Origin: Octopus vulgaris
Lineage: Eukaryota
Direction of reading: 5' to 3'
Assembly (NCBI GenBank): GCA_951406725.2
Contig: OX597829.1
Coordinates: 36,208,001-36,272,000 of the forward strand
DNA: 64,000 nucleotides
Of this stretch, positions 1-12,481 are shown piece by piece. The translations under genes and the position numbers were made by a program. The notes beneath the pieces are model-generated. The model searched no databases, had not been told where the DNA came from, and saw only the letters and a list, made by a program, of their open reading frames with translations. Position 1 is the stretch's first letter; every line of letters starts with the position of its first letter.

Positions 1-1512
1 CTAAACTACACATTAAAAATCATCCTGCTGTTTCTGAAGTTCTACTTTTTATCTGTTTGTCGTTTCTGTTTTTCTAAATACCAATGGAGAAACTTCATTT
101 GTAAGAAACTAGACCGTTCTTTGTTGGAAGAATTCAAATAAAGAAAAATAAGAATATATGGATAATAAACACATACACATATACGCGCTATGCACACGCA
201 CATATCAAAGTATATATAAACACACATATATGTACACATACATAGATAATTAATTAACTCTCTACAATGCTACTACTAACTAATCAACGTGCATGTGCTC
301 CACATAACTAATGAGAGTGCTTCCACATGTTCGCTCGACATGCTTTCGGCTTCCTCGTCAAATCATCTTTTATTTGTTCATCATTCATATTTTCTTTGTT
401 GAGGGTGACAATGTTGGATATACAATGTTAGAGAAACGGTTGGCAAAATTTAAGTAAACGGGTCTTATACCTTCAGTATTCAGTCCCAACAACATTTAAC
501 CCTGCAATTATTTTCATCCGGTTCTTTTCTATCAAATTGTAAAATTAAGCTTTCGCACCAGTTTGTTTCTGCAATTACTTTATGTAGCAAATGTGACTGT
601 TACCAAGATGATCATCAAAAGGAAGAATAGAAGGAGGAGAAGGTCAGTTGTGGTGGTAGTATTGAGTGTAAGTGATTACAATGTGGATGATGATGATGAT
701 GATGATGATCGCTATCACTGTCGTCTTCATAATTACAAATAACGCTTTGATGCAATATCACTGAAGTAATATTTTTAAAAAAAAACAACATTCAAAAAGA
801 TGTACAATAAAATACGATAAAATATTCATGATTCTAATGATGAGCTTCTGTCTGACTCTCTCCCTGTTAATCCCCTCGCTTTTACTCTATCATCACTCTT
901 ACTTTAATCCTTCTCATTGCCTCACTATTACGCTGACTTTCTCTCTCTCTCTCTCAGAAGACACAGCTTAACACGAACACAGCTGCAACAAGGACATAGC
1001 AAAGCAATGAAAATATGTAGAAAAAAAAATCATGTAAATCTGAAGCAGATAAGCCACTTTACATGTTCATTGACACCCATAAGCAATAGTCAATGTGTGT
1101 AAATATATCTATGTATATGCGCGCTTATACATCTGTATATGAATGTGTATACATATATGCGCTCGAGTGTGTGTATAAACATACATGATATATATGTATG
1201 TATATATGTATAATGTTCGTTGGGCTCTTAGGGATATCTTTTTAACTATTACTTCCTTGTATCACAAGAAATTCTTTTTTGTTTCTGTATTGATAACATT
1301 ACTGATAATCATCAAAATATTTGAGAAAGACCGACTGCTTCGGCAGCCATTTAAATCCCAGGTGGTATCATAGCATACCTGAAAAATAATGGTTTATCAT
1401 AAGAAATACTTTCTCTGGTTATTGTCATTTTACTTAAGTTTGTTTCTTTTCGTAAATATATTTTTTTAGAAAGAGTGGCATTATATCTGTTGTTGACATT
1501 TGATTTCGCATC

Positions 1513-1877
<365 letters not shown>

Positions 1878-2417
1878 TATGGTCTTGTGCCAAAATTTGA
1901 AGCTATTATAATGGTTTTGTTTTTATTCTTTTTTATTTATCGTTATTTGCCACTTGAAAGAGAAGGAAAATGGAGAGATGTACAACGCGTCAGTTAATTT
2001 TGCCGAACAGTGGTTGAAGGTGGCGCGAGAATAGACTTTTTTAAAAAAAGGAAATACTATGAATATATGAGTGTAAAATGAGAACATAATTTCATATAGC
2101 AAACTTTCATTTCCCTTTTCACTGCAATAAGCATTCTGCGGAGTATAATCACTGGCCTTATGTGGTTGTCCCTCCACTGTGACCTAAAATAAGGACGTGA
2201 CAATATCAACACCACCAACCCCCAAAAAAAAAAACAAATTACAGACATTTATATTTTGCACATTTGTCCTACTATATCTTGATATGATGAATAATGAAAC
2301 TGACAAAATCTTCTAGTAGAATGTCCTACAGTATTTGTTCCTCTTCATTTTCTCTGTGGCCTGCATTAAAATTCTTGTCCTTCTCCCCTCCAGAGTTTAT
2401 AGAATAAAATACAAATC

Positions 2418-2850
2418 GGATCTTTTCGGTTTGAACGGCAGTTTTTTTCTAGCGGTGTCATATGAAATTGTCCCCCATTATTATGACCCTAGTATTGATC
2501 CATTGCATTTCAATCTGTTTTAGGATTAGGGTTAATCAGGGTTAGTTAAGGTTAGGGTTAGGGTTGGGGGAAGGGTATATTTTTTCTTCAGAAATGTAAA
2601 TACACCCAATCTGTTTCTTAAACGAGGGACATATTCATACGACACAGAATGTTTTCACCTCAATATACGTCATTGATTGGTTGAAATTGCAGAAATTGAA
2701 GAAAAAAAACAACAAATATTTTACAAACTATAAAATTTTCTCAAGAGAAAAATATGTTTTATAAACACATTCTACCAGTATACGAAGTTTAAAAATGTTT
2801 AGTTACGTGGAAATTATTTTAAAAAACTGCCGTTCAAACCGAAAAGATCC
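2418..2850. mobile_element. Non-autonomous DNA transposon (MITE) with ~30-bp TIRs and 8-bp TSD, Merlin-like
   Basis: Left end GGATCTTTTCGGTTTGAACGGCAGTTTTTT (2418) is the reverse complement of right end AAAAAACTGCCGTTCAAACCGAAAAGATCC (2821-2850). Perfect TSD TACAAATC at 2410-2417 and 2851-2858. GG termini with an 8-bp TSD fit Merlin/IS1016 better than hAT; the superfamily call is inference. Confidence 0.9.
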
Positions 2851-3869
2851 TACAAATCAAGTTCTGGTGTCGATGGTATTCCTTTACTTCCACGCCTCAA
2901 AACTACATGCTTTGTGTCTAAGTTTGAGACGCTTATTTCCTACATTAACGTCTTAAACACGTTGATACATAAACTATATTTATAAAAATATCATATTTTA
3001 AGCATATAACGCCCACGTAAAATATCGACTGGTGATGTCTAGAATGCTTTTGATAGTAGATATAATTAATTTGGGTCGGCTCGGGTTTAACATCACCATC
3101 GCTGAAAACATAACTAAAAAAATTGAAATTACGTCATGATAATATTTTTTATTTATAATTTTTTGCTCTCACAACATTTGATTATTATAATGTGGAGGTG
3201 AAAAACATTTACCTTTCACACTTCCAGTATCTTTTCTCTAATTTAACCAGAAAAAAAACAAAAAACTCCAACAGCTTTCATTACTTTACTCTACAAGCCG
3301 TATCTACGTATCAATTAATGAGTTAACGATCAATCCGCTGAAATAGTAACTGAATCTACCTTAACCATATAACCCCATTTTAAAGAAAAGAAGTCACATT
3401 TGGATAGTCTTGAATCGTTCACAATACGTTAAGAATTAAGATGGACAATATTCGAAAAAATTTGGTTGTAGGATTATTCAGTTAGAAGTGACGTTTGGTT
3501 AAACAAGAACTAGCACAACTGCTACAACAACTAAAGAATATCCTAGCGATAGATTTACAGGTCTTATATCCTGGAACAAATGAAATTAAAATATCTTGCA
3601 AAATAGTTCAGATACATCACATCTATTAAACAGAAATGCATGGTTAAGGCTGCATTGCGATTGACCATAGATTTACTTAATTAAGTTTGATGTATGACTA
3701 AAAAACAATAAGAAAAATATTAACAGCATAGAATTTAAAGAAAATTAACCTGCTATGCGCGGTTCTTGTAAAAGTCGCTCAAAATGACTATTTTATTGTC
3801 GTGTCGATGTACAAATGTGTAGGTATTTGTGTACCCTCTCGTATATTGGCGTGTGTGTGTGTGTGTGTG

Positions 3870-4316
3870 TGTGTGCGTGTGTGCCTGTGTTTGTCCCCGC
3901 CCCGCTTATGTTGGAGTGTTTACGTCCCTTATATCTTAGCGGTTCGGTAATAGAGAATGATTTAAGGCGGCGAGCTGGCAGAATCGTTAGCACGCCGGGC
4001 GAAATGCTTAACGGTATTTCGTCTGCCGCTACGTTCTTAGTTCAAATTCCGCCGAGGTCGACTTTGCCTTTCATCCTTTCAGGGTTGATTAAATAAGTAC
4101 CAGTTACGCACTGGGGTCGATGTAATCGACTTAATCCGTGTGTCTGTCCTTGTTTGTCCCCTTCTATGTTTAGCCCCTTGTGGGTAATAAAGAAACAGGT
4201 AACAGAAAATGATAGATCTAGTACCAAGCATAATGATAAATAAGAACTTGCATCGATTCGTTAGACTAACATCCCTCAAGGCTTTGCTGCACCATGTCCG
4301 CAGTCTAATGACTGAA
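3870..4316 (+). mobile_element. 3' half of SINE family A, interrupted by a nested SINE
   Basis: TGTTTGTCCCC...CTTAGCGGTTCGG (3870-3960) and ...CCGCAGTCTAATGACTGAAA (4205-4316) match the reverse complement of the full copy at 12066-12481. Confidence 0.65.
3966..4197 (+). mobile_element. tRNA-derived SINE family B with Meta-domain-like core
   Basis: Head GGCGGCGAGCTGGCAGAATCGTTAGC, B-box-like GTTCAAATTCC, core GCCTTTCATCCTTTCAGGGTTGAT, tail TAATAAAGAAA. Degenerate 16-bp TSD GGTAATAGAGAATGAT (3946-3961) / GGTAACAGAAAATGAT (4198-4213). Several copies in the window. Confidence 0.9.
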
Positions 4317-5023
4317 AAAAAATTAAAAGTTAAAAGATATATAAGAAATGAAATAAAAGACAAGGGAAACAAGAAATTATGTCACGAACTTCATTAGCTG
4401 TGTCTGCTATAAGAAGCAATGCTTTCATAACTGAGTGCATGTGTGTATCACCCTATAGCGTCCTCAAGCATTCAGCTATGGGTAGATTTCATCCTATGGC
4501 GGAAACAGCAGTAAGGTAATGAAGATCATTACATAATTTATTGTTCCTTGAGTTCTAACACCAGTTTACTAATATCGCTATACCCAAGAGAAATTTCAGT
4601 CGTTTACTATGGCCTGGCGTTTATGTACAGATCATTATCATTACATCCACCGTTTATATCTTTGAAGATGCTTTTCTATATCGCCGTAATCTCTGTCCTC
4701 TTTACCAACAAGTCAGTATATTTTAGCTTCTTTCTATTGATGATATATATGAAAAGCAAAACTATTTCTCTTCGTTCAACAACAAAACTATTTCTGTTCT
4801 AATAATTTTGCTAGCTACGCAGGCGTTTTGTATTGCTGCATTTCCTTTACTATTTATAATAATAAGTATGTTTTTTTATTACTTTTTATCCTTTATGCTG
4901 ATGGTACTTCAAAATATTTGAGACTTCCTAAAGCGACACTTAATAAAATGGGATGTTATTGTGTAGGAAAAAAATTCATTATTTTATTGAAAGTTTTCTC
5001 CTCTCATTGATAGTTACTTATGT

Positions 5024-5072
<49 letters not shown>

Positions 5073-5745
5073 ACTGGTGACTGCGCATGTCAATGCATGC
5101 ATGTGTTTTCAATTTATGATATTGTGGTTTTAATGTATTATTTTATTATTTTCCTTAGAATATGCACACATTCTGACGAATACTATACTTTATAGTTCAT
5201 CTAAAGAGCCAACATCAGTGGGTTTCTTCTTTCACAGATATGAACGATGATTCTAAATTCTATATTTTCAGTATCTTTTATCAGACAACCGTATTATAAA
5301 TGTTTTACAATAGTTTTCACATTCCAAATGAACAACAAATGATTCTTATGTGCTTCAACTTTATTTTCAAGTATATATTAATAATGTATTTGAGAGAATT
5401 ACTGCATCAGTATCTACAACTACTACTACTACTACTAGTTATACAGAAACTGGACTTTTGTTAATATTTAACTGCCTGCTTTCTATCCTGTGGCAATACT
5501 AGCTGCTTTAGTCATATAATTGATATGAATGGCTATATGCATAGGCTACAAAATGAACTGCCACAGCGTGTAGGCCATTTTGTGCTAAAACCATTTCATT
5601 TAACATACATTGGTAAAGTATACCGAACAACTTAACACACCTTTGGTACAATCGAGTTTTTGCATAGACGCAAAGACACACACGCACATACACACTTACA
5701 TAAACATATATATGTGTGTTTGTAGTTTTATATATATATACATAT

Positions 5746-5868
5746 CCGATGGGCTTCCTTCAATTTCCGACTACCAAACTCGTTCACAAGGTTTTGGTCG
5801 GCCCGAGGCTCTGAGACTGAACCCGGAACCATGTGGTTGGGAAGCAAACTTCTTACCATGCAGCCTCG
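5746..5868 (-). mobile_element. Internally deleted fragment of SINE family A
   Basis: CAAGGTTTTGGTCGGCCCGAGGCT...CTGAACCCGGAACCATGTGGTTGG matches 12320-12480. Confidence 0.8.
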
Positions 5869-6087
5869 CAATAAAGTAAGAATATAGATTGTGATCTCAC
5901 ATATTTAATGATACATCGAAATTTTTATTATGAAGTTATATTAAATTCATGAGCCACGCAATTGTTACACTACATTTTTACAATCTCACATAAAAACTCA
6001 GTATAGTTTAGGCATTATTACTCTCTCTCTCTCCTTTTCTATTTCTCTCTTTATAAGTCTCTCTATGCGTATTTGAATGCGTGTGTG

Positions 6088-6123
<36 letters not shown>

Positions 6124-6512
6124 CGATGTCATCTCAAATGTCGTAATTTGGCATAATGAAAATATATGTATACGCGATCTTCTTATACCATATTTTGGCC
6201 AAGTTTTACAAAGGCTTTTTGTTCAAAATTTGTAATTGTTTCAACCATTTCGCTTTCACTGGTTCAACTAATGAAATGTTTCGGTCAATTAAACTGCCGA
6301 GTTTCAAAATAATCGATTTCCTTTTTTGTTTTGGTAGAATACTGCTATAACACGTGAATTAAATGCGGTTCGGTGTACCCATTCAGTTACTCAACCGTTT
6401 CGTATTACATTTAACCATCTATACATCGACAGAGAAATACGGACGACTATGTATTCTTTGTTTCCTTATTACTTCCTTCTTGTACTATCGTGTTCAATTT
6501 ATTCTCTAAAAA

Positions 6513-6554
<42 letters not shown>

Positions 6555-7550
6555 ATCTAATTAACATTCCATTTGTCTATCTGAGTATTCTAACAACCAA
6601 GTATGTTAATTTATTTGACTGTTGTCTTTTCCATCCGCTAGCCATCTACTCATTGATCCATCCATCAATCCATCGATTCATCCATCAATCCATCCATCCA
6701 TCCAACCATTCATCCATCCATTCACTCACCCCTTAGTTAAGAAATTCATCCATTCACCAATGGCACCCAACCATCTAGCCAGCCAGTCATCAATCCGTTT
6801 CCATAAATATCACCTTCCTTGAGCCATGCATTATTAGTTCATTCTTATTGAAAATTGCACACATATTATCAATGACTTTTTTTTGATTGGGGACTGAAGC
6901 AATAAAATATAGCATTCCATTTTGTATTATAATCGATGCAGACACTGTTACGATCTGAATTAATATCATCCAGATTATTCGAAGGTAGTTGCAAAGCCTC
7001 CAGAAACTACGCCTTACGTGTGCGTGGGAGATTGTTTCCTATTATCAAAAACATAGGATGCAAGTTACCTGAAGTCACTGAGCTAACTTGGATAGTTCCA
7101 AGTGGTCATTGTTAGGAATGATTCTCAAAATTCTCAAAATTCACACGATGATCTTAGGAATGCAATCCTAGATGGTTCTGCAAACGGAATGGGATTCATC
7201 ATGGAGTTTTAACGACAATATAACGTACGAACTTAATATATCGTACGAATGTCATCTAGTAATTTAAAAGCGGGCTCGCACCACATTCGCTACACAGTCG
7301 CTACTTTATACTAAAAATACACAACACAACGGACACAGGTATCTACGAAGCACAAAACTCCAACCAACAAAGATTTTTTTCCCTTTCTTATGCGTCCCTT
7401 CATTCATTTTATTCAGTTTACATCTCTACCACTTTTTACTCACGTGCTTTCGCTTGTATGGTTTCTAATATCATTTGTCTGTGCCTGCCTCATACTCTAT
7501 TCGTATTTGGGTGATTTTATCCCCCCCCACACACACACACCTACATACAT

Positions 7551-7588
<38 letters not shown>

Positions 7589-7590
7589 GC

Positions 7591-7627
<37 letters not shown>

Positions 7628-7628
7628 T

Positions 7629-7738
7629 GAGGAAATTTTTTTAACCACTATGTGGAAACCCTTACGCTAGAAGAAGATCCGCCATGGTCTCAACCACTAG
7701 CGTAAAAGTTTCCACATAGTGGTTAAAAAAATTCCCTC
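7629..7738. repeat. Long hairpin / inverted repeat (42-bp arms, 26-nt loop) next to (TA)n
   Basis: Arm 7629-7670 matches the reverse complement of 7697-7738 with 3 mismatches. Loop AAGAAGATCCGCCATGGTCTCAACCA. Confidence 0.9.
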
Positions 7739-7858
7739 TTATATTTATGTATAAAATACTATTTACTGAATCTCAGTTTTTTTATATGCTAGACCACTTG
7801 TGTTAAAATTGATGTTATTAAATTAATATCCAATTTTTCACCCTCATTTTGATTTTAA

Positions 7859-7910
<52 letters not shown>

Positions 7911-8130
7911 AATATGGAGGTTTAGTTCGCAGGTGATCTAAACGATTAAGAACGCTAGATAAGTGAGGTGCCGGATTACTAGGGCTCCAAGGTTGTAGCC
8001 GAGACGATAGTTATGGAGCCTTTGAAGATTCCCGATGCAGTGGATACATAACTATTAAAAGGACAACAGAGTTTAAGGCAAAGCAAACATTTCAAGTCGT
8101 ATACAATATTATTATTGGGAAAAATTGAAA

Positions 8131-8186
8131 GTCTTACGGCTGTTTCTGGGATATCCCCGAGTATTGGGTATTCCGTCATCAGAGAC
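8131..8186 (-). ncRNA. Minimal type I hammerhead ribozyme motif, intact catalytic core
   Basis: Minus strand reads GUCU-CUGAUGA-cGGAAUACCCaauacucGGGGAUAUCCca-GAAA-CAGCCGU-A-AGAC. Stem I GUCU/AGAC, canonical CUGAUGA and GAAA boxes, GUA cleavage triplet, near-palindromic stem III ACAGCCGU. Confidence 0.8.
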
Positions 8187-8365
8187 AAATAGGGAAAAAA
8201 ATAGGGAAAATTAGAATGGTATGTGATGACGACATAGAGTAAGGGAGTAAAGGAATAAGGAGATGGAAAGAGAGAAGGAAAAAGAATCATTAAAGTTCAT
8301 AGTTCAGCTTTCCGATGTTCTAGAAGCAAGAACATATGTCCTTAGGTGTAATCCTGCGTAGGCCC

Positions 8366-8418
<53 letters not shown>

Positions 8419-8432
8419 TGAGAATTTTTCTA

Positions 8433-8465
8433 CTGATGACTGGTATTAAGTCAGAGACACGTGTG
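8433..8465 (+). ncRNA. Degenerate minimal hammerhead motif
   Basis: CUGAUGA-cUGGuauuaagUCA-GAGA (for GAAA), then perfect palindrome ACACGUGU. No stem I and G at the cleavage position, so probably inactive. Confidence 0.45.
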
Positions 8466-8820
8466 ACTGACTAACTTCTTATCACTTACCCTCAGTCAAT
8501 GAAACTGTTCATTTCCTTAATAGTATGTTAAGTTTGGAGAATTCTTGATTCTGAAGATTATTTCCATTCATAAAGAACTTTCTTCAGTTGTCACTTGTTA
8601 AGTGTGACATCTACTAGACGCCGAGATAATATTAATAAATCAAGAATTTAAGTTGTATGTTATTTGATACGCCTGTATTTGTCTTTGTTCTTCAAAAACA
8701 TGACTCTTACCACTTTGAATTGTTCCTCTTGACTCATTGTTGTTCAATTCAGGCATATATATGTGTAGTGAGTGATATGTGTGGAGCATGGTATGTGATT
8801 TGTGTGTGTGAGTCCGTGTG

Positions 8821-8985
8821 TGTGTGTGCGCGCGACTCTGTGTGTGTGTGCGACTCTGTGTGTGTGCGCGACTTTGTGTGTGTGTGCGACTCTGTGTGTG
8901 TGTGCGACTCTGTGTGTGTGCGCGACTCTGTGTGTGTGCGCGCGACTCTGTGTGTGTGCGCGACTCTGTGTGTGTGCGCGACTCT

Positions 8986-8992
<7 letters not shown>
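8821..8992. repeat. ~18-bp minisatellite (GTGTGTGTGCGCGACTCT), about 9 units, within a (TG)n array
   Basis: GACT marker recurs at 18-20 bp spacing (8834 to 8980). Confidence 0.9.
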
Positions 8993-9030
<38 letters not shown>

Positions 9031-9340
9031 TGTGTGTGTGTTTGTATGTGTGTGTGTGTAAATTGACCAGATAGGAGAAGAGAAGTGAGAGAATATATAT
9101 ATGAATTTATAAATTATTTAGATACACATGGATTTTCCTCTTATTATAATACGATATGTATTGAATGTTTGTTAAATCTAAGATTTATTTAATTTCATCA
9201 GTTTTGAATGTTGAAGATTAACACATGTATTTTCACCTTCTTGGAAGAAAAAAAAAATTATTTTACTTGAAATTACGACGTACTTTTTCCCCCGAGTTCA
9301 AAAAGATCAAATGCAATAACTATGTACATGTATAGGCGTG

Positions 9341-9397
<57 letters not shown>

Positions 9398-9630
9398 GTG
9401 TGTGTGTGTGTGTATGCGTCTGTGTGTGGCTGGGAGTGTGAGAGTAATTATTGATTCAGCAAAATATATATAATTCCCGGGACAGATGATTAACCACAAT
9501 ATTAAATTCTCAACTGTGTCGGGAATACTTTTTACCAAAATTAATATTATCGCCTCTATATCGCAGTGTGCATGAGTTTTCTCCTTTTTGACCTCTGAAA
9601 CTAGACTCTTTCCCCTTCTCTTTCTCACAA

Positions 9631-9962
<332 letters not shown>

Positions 9963-10009
9963 ATATGTGTGTATGTGTAAATAAGTGAAACGGATTGGTG
10001 TCACGTTCA

Positions 10010-10150
10010 GGAAAATGTTGTGATCTTGGTCACTTGTACGTCATGGAGACTGCGTAACTGACCTTGTGAGTCTGAAGGCTGAAGAAAAGTCAGAAGAAAC
10101 ACTGCTGGGCATTTTGTTTGATGCTCTAACGATTCTAACAATCCGCCATT
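10010..10150 (-). mobile_element. Decayed SINE family B copy
   Basis: GATTCTAACAATCCGCCA and TGCTCTAACGATTCT resemble the reverse complement of the family B head; heavily diverged. Confidence 0.45.
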
Positions 10151-10153
10151 TTG

Positions 10154-10368
<215 letters not shown>

Positions 10369-10379
10369 ATGCCTTGATA

Positions 10380-10939
10380 CAGTACCGGGCGCGAATTTTT
10401 TTCCCACGAGAGTTCCGGACACCCGTTATGAACTCATTTGCATACAGACAATCAAAGCTCAACTATCAAACTGATTTATGAGCGCATAACAAGTGATGGT
10501 CAATAAGATGAGGTCACTTGGTTAAGGAATGACCATGCTTCTTTTCTCTTTTAATAATGCTTGTTCTTGTTCTTGTTTCGACCATGGCTGCCTCAGCATA
10601 ATTATTTGTGTTGTTGTTTACTTTGTAAAACAGTAAAGGGAGAGGGTTTCTAGCACATCACCCTCTACCCACATTTTCCCCATCCACATCTTTACCATAT
10701 GGGGCCCTAAGAAAATCCGATAATAGGTATAGATGCAAATCTATCTAATTACTTGTCTCCTAAAACCAGGCATAACTTGGCGATCAGTCGACTTACAAAA
10801 CCATTCTTTGTCTTGAGTTTACTTGATAGTGTGTTTGTTAACTTGATAACTAGGTCAAGGTGAGCTCTGATTGGTTGTATGAGTTCATTACTGGGGTCCG
10901 GAACTCTCGTGGAAAAAAAAATTCGCGTACCGCGCGCTG
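10380..10939. mobile_element. Degenerate MITE with long imperfect TIRs (~70 bp)
   Basis: CGCGAATTTTTTTCCCACGAGAGTTCCGGAC...ATGAACTCAT...AATCAAAGCTCA (10390-10461) is inverted relative to TGAGCTCTGATT...ATGAGTTCAT...GTCCGGAACTCTCGTGGAAAAAAAAATTCGCG (10861-10927). Possible CAG...CTG termini. No TSD seen. Confidence 0.75.
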
Positions 10940-11205
10940 ACTCTCATGGCTTCTGATCTTAACTGATTGGAAGTGATATCATGTACATTATTTTGTATTG
11001 GTATAAAAGATGGGCCACAGCAAATATTCTGCTCAATACCACACATTTGTTTGTTATTTGCTTGACCTTAACCAGTTGAGCATGTCCATTGGTAGCTGAC
11101 GATGTGTGCGTCTCTGATCAGGAGCAGAATCAGTGGGGAAACGTCATAGCCATGTGTTAAGAGAAGCTTTTTAGGGGTTGAATAATTCAACTCTGGAAAC
11201 AAGGG
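10940..11205 (+). mobile_element. Fragment of unclassified interspersed repeat X (opposite orientation to the copy at 47059)
   Basis: ATCATGTACATT...GCAAATATTCTGCTCAATACCACA...CCAGTTGAGCATGTCC...CTCTGGAAACAAGGGTG is the reverse complement of ~47320-47552. Confidence 0.85.
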
Positions 11206-12065
11206 TGTTATCAACCATTTGTTAACTATGGACCCCTTTGATTGCTGTTTTATTCTGGTGGGCATCCATAGCCATTTGATGTTTAAAAACAAGTAATGTA
11301 GAAAATTCTTCCAAGATTCATTCTTTCTGTTTTGTTTTTTTTTTGTTTTTTTTTTTGTTTTGTTTTTTTTTTTTTGTTTTTTTGCACATTAACTTGTGTA
11401 GGTGGAACCATGTAAAATGTTAGAGAAAGAAGGCTAGTTGTTTCTTGCAACACATACCTATATATACACGTAAAGCAAAATGTTCTCAGGGGCCCTTAGA
11501 ATACAATTCTGGATCCCCAAATAGTATTTTGTTGCGTAGATCCCACCAAAATTTTACATGGACCCTGCTTGAGAACCACAGGTTGACATGAAGGACATTA
11601 TGGACTGCAGAACAAAACACCAATTATTAAAACCTGTGTAAATTCTATAGGTTTTTGCGTGTGTACACGTATTTGACTGTTGTTTTGTGACAGTACAGAG
11701 GATGAATGGCAGGCAGAAAGACAGAGACAGAGACAGACAGAGAAAGAAAAGAGAGACGGGAAGGAAAGATGAAAGAAAAAGTTGTTTCCAGTGTTTATTG
11801 TGAAAGAAAGAAGAGAAACTATGCAAAAACAAACGACAAAGAATCGATACAAACGTACATTCAGACAGAAACATGCACACAGGCAAACACAACACATACA
11901 CGCATATACATTCACGATTAACTGTTATAGTTAATTGTAGTGATGATGTTGTTTGTGAGAAGGAGGAAGTGATAGTGTTGGTGGTGGTGGTATGGTGGTT
12001 GTATGTTGGTGGAGTCTACGGAAAACCGTTTATTTTTTGTGGAGTAAAATTTTAAGAAAATAACT

Positions 12066-12290
12066 TACTCTTTTACTCTTTTACTTGTTTCAGTCATTTG
12101 ACTGCGGCCATGCTGGAGCACCGCCTTTAATTTAGCAACTCGACCCCCGGGACTTATTCTTTTGTAAGCCCAGTACTTATTCTATCGGTCTCTTTTGCCG
12201 AACCGCTAAGTAACGGGGACATAAACACACCAGCATCGGTTGTCAAGCAATGCTAGGGGGACAAACACAGACACACAAACACACACACGC

Positions 12291-12321
<31 letters not shown>

Positions 12322-12481
12322 TACGACGGGCTTCTTTCAGTTTCCGTCTACCAAATCCACTCACAAGGCTTAGGTCGACCCAAGGCTATAGTAGAAGACA
12401 CTTGCCCAAGGTGCCACGCAGTGGGACTGAACCCAGAATCATGTGGTTGGTAAACAAGCTACATACCACACAGCCACTCCT
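12066..12481 (-). mobile_element. Full-length tRNA-derived SINE family A
   Basis: Minus strand: head AGGAGTGGCTGTGTGGT, B-box-like GGTTCAGTCCC, CCTTGGGCAAGTGTC central domain, internal (TA)/(TG) tract, 3' tail (GTAAAAGA)n. Several related copies in the window. Confidence 0.9.

Noticed and set aside
2520-2570. Possible telomere or chromosome-fusion scar
   Set aside because: Only a few degenerate units, lying inside a TIR- and TSD-bounded element
11204-11580. Possible hAT MITE remnant (TTGAGAACCACAG end, GGACCCC motifs)
   Set aside because: The left terminus is obscured by repeat X and there is no TSD; too degenerate to delimit
12400-12481. tRNA-like sequences with A/B boxes (also near 3966, 33574, 47855, 56041, 59699)
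   Set aside because: They are SINE heads continuing into SINE bodies; no clean cloverleaf was found
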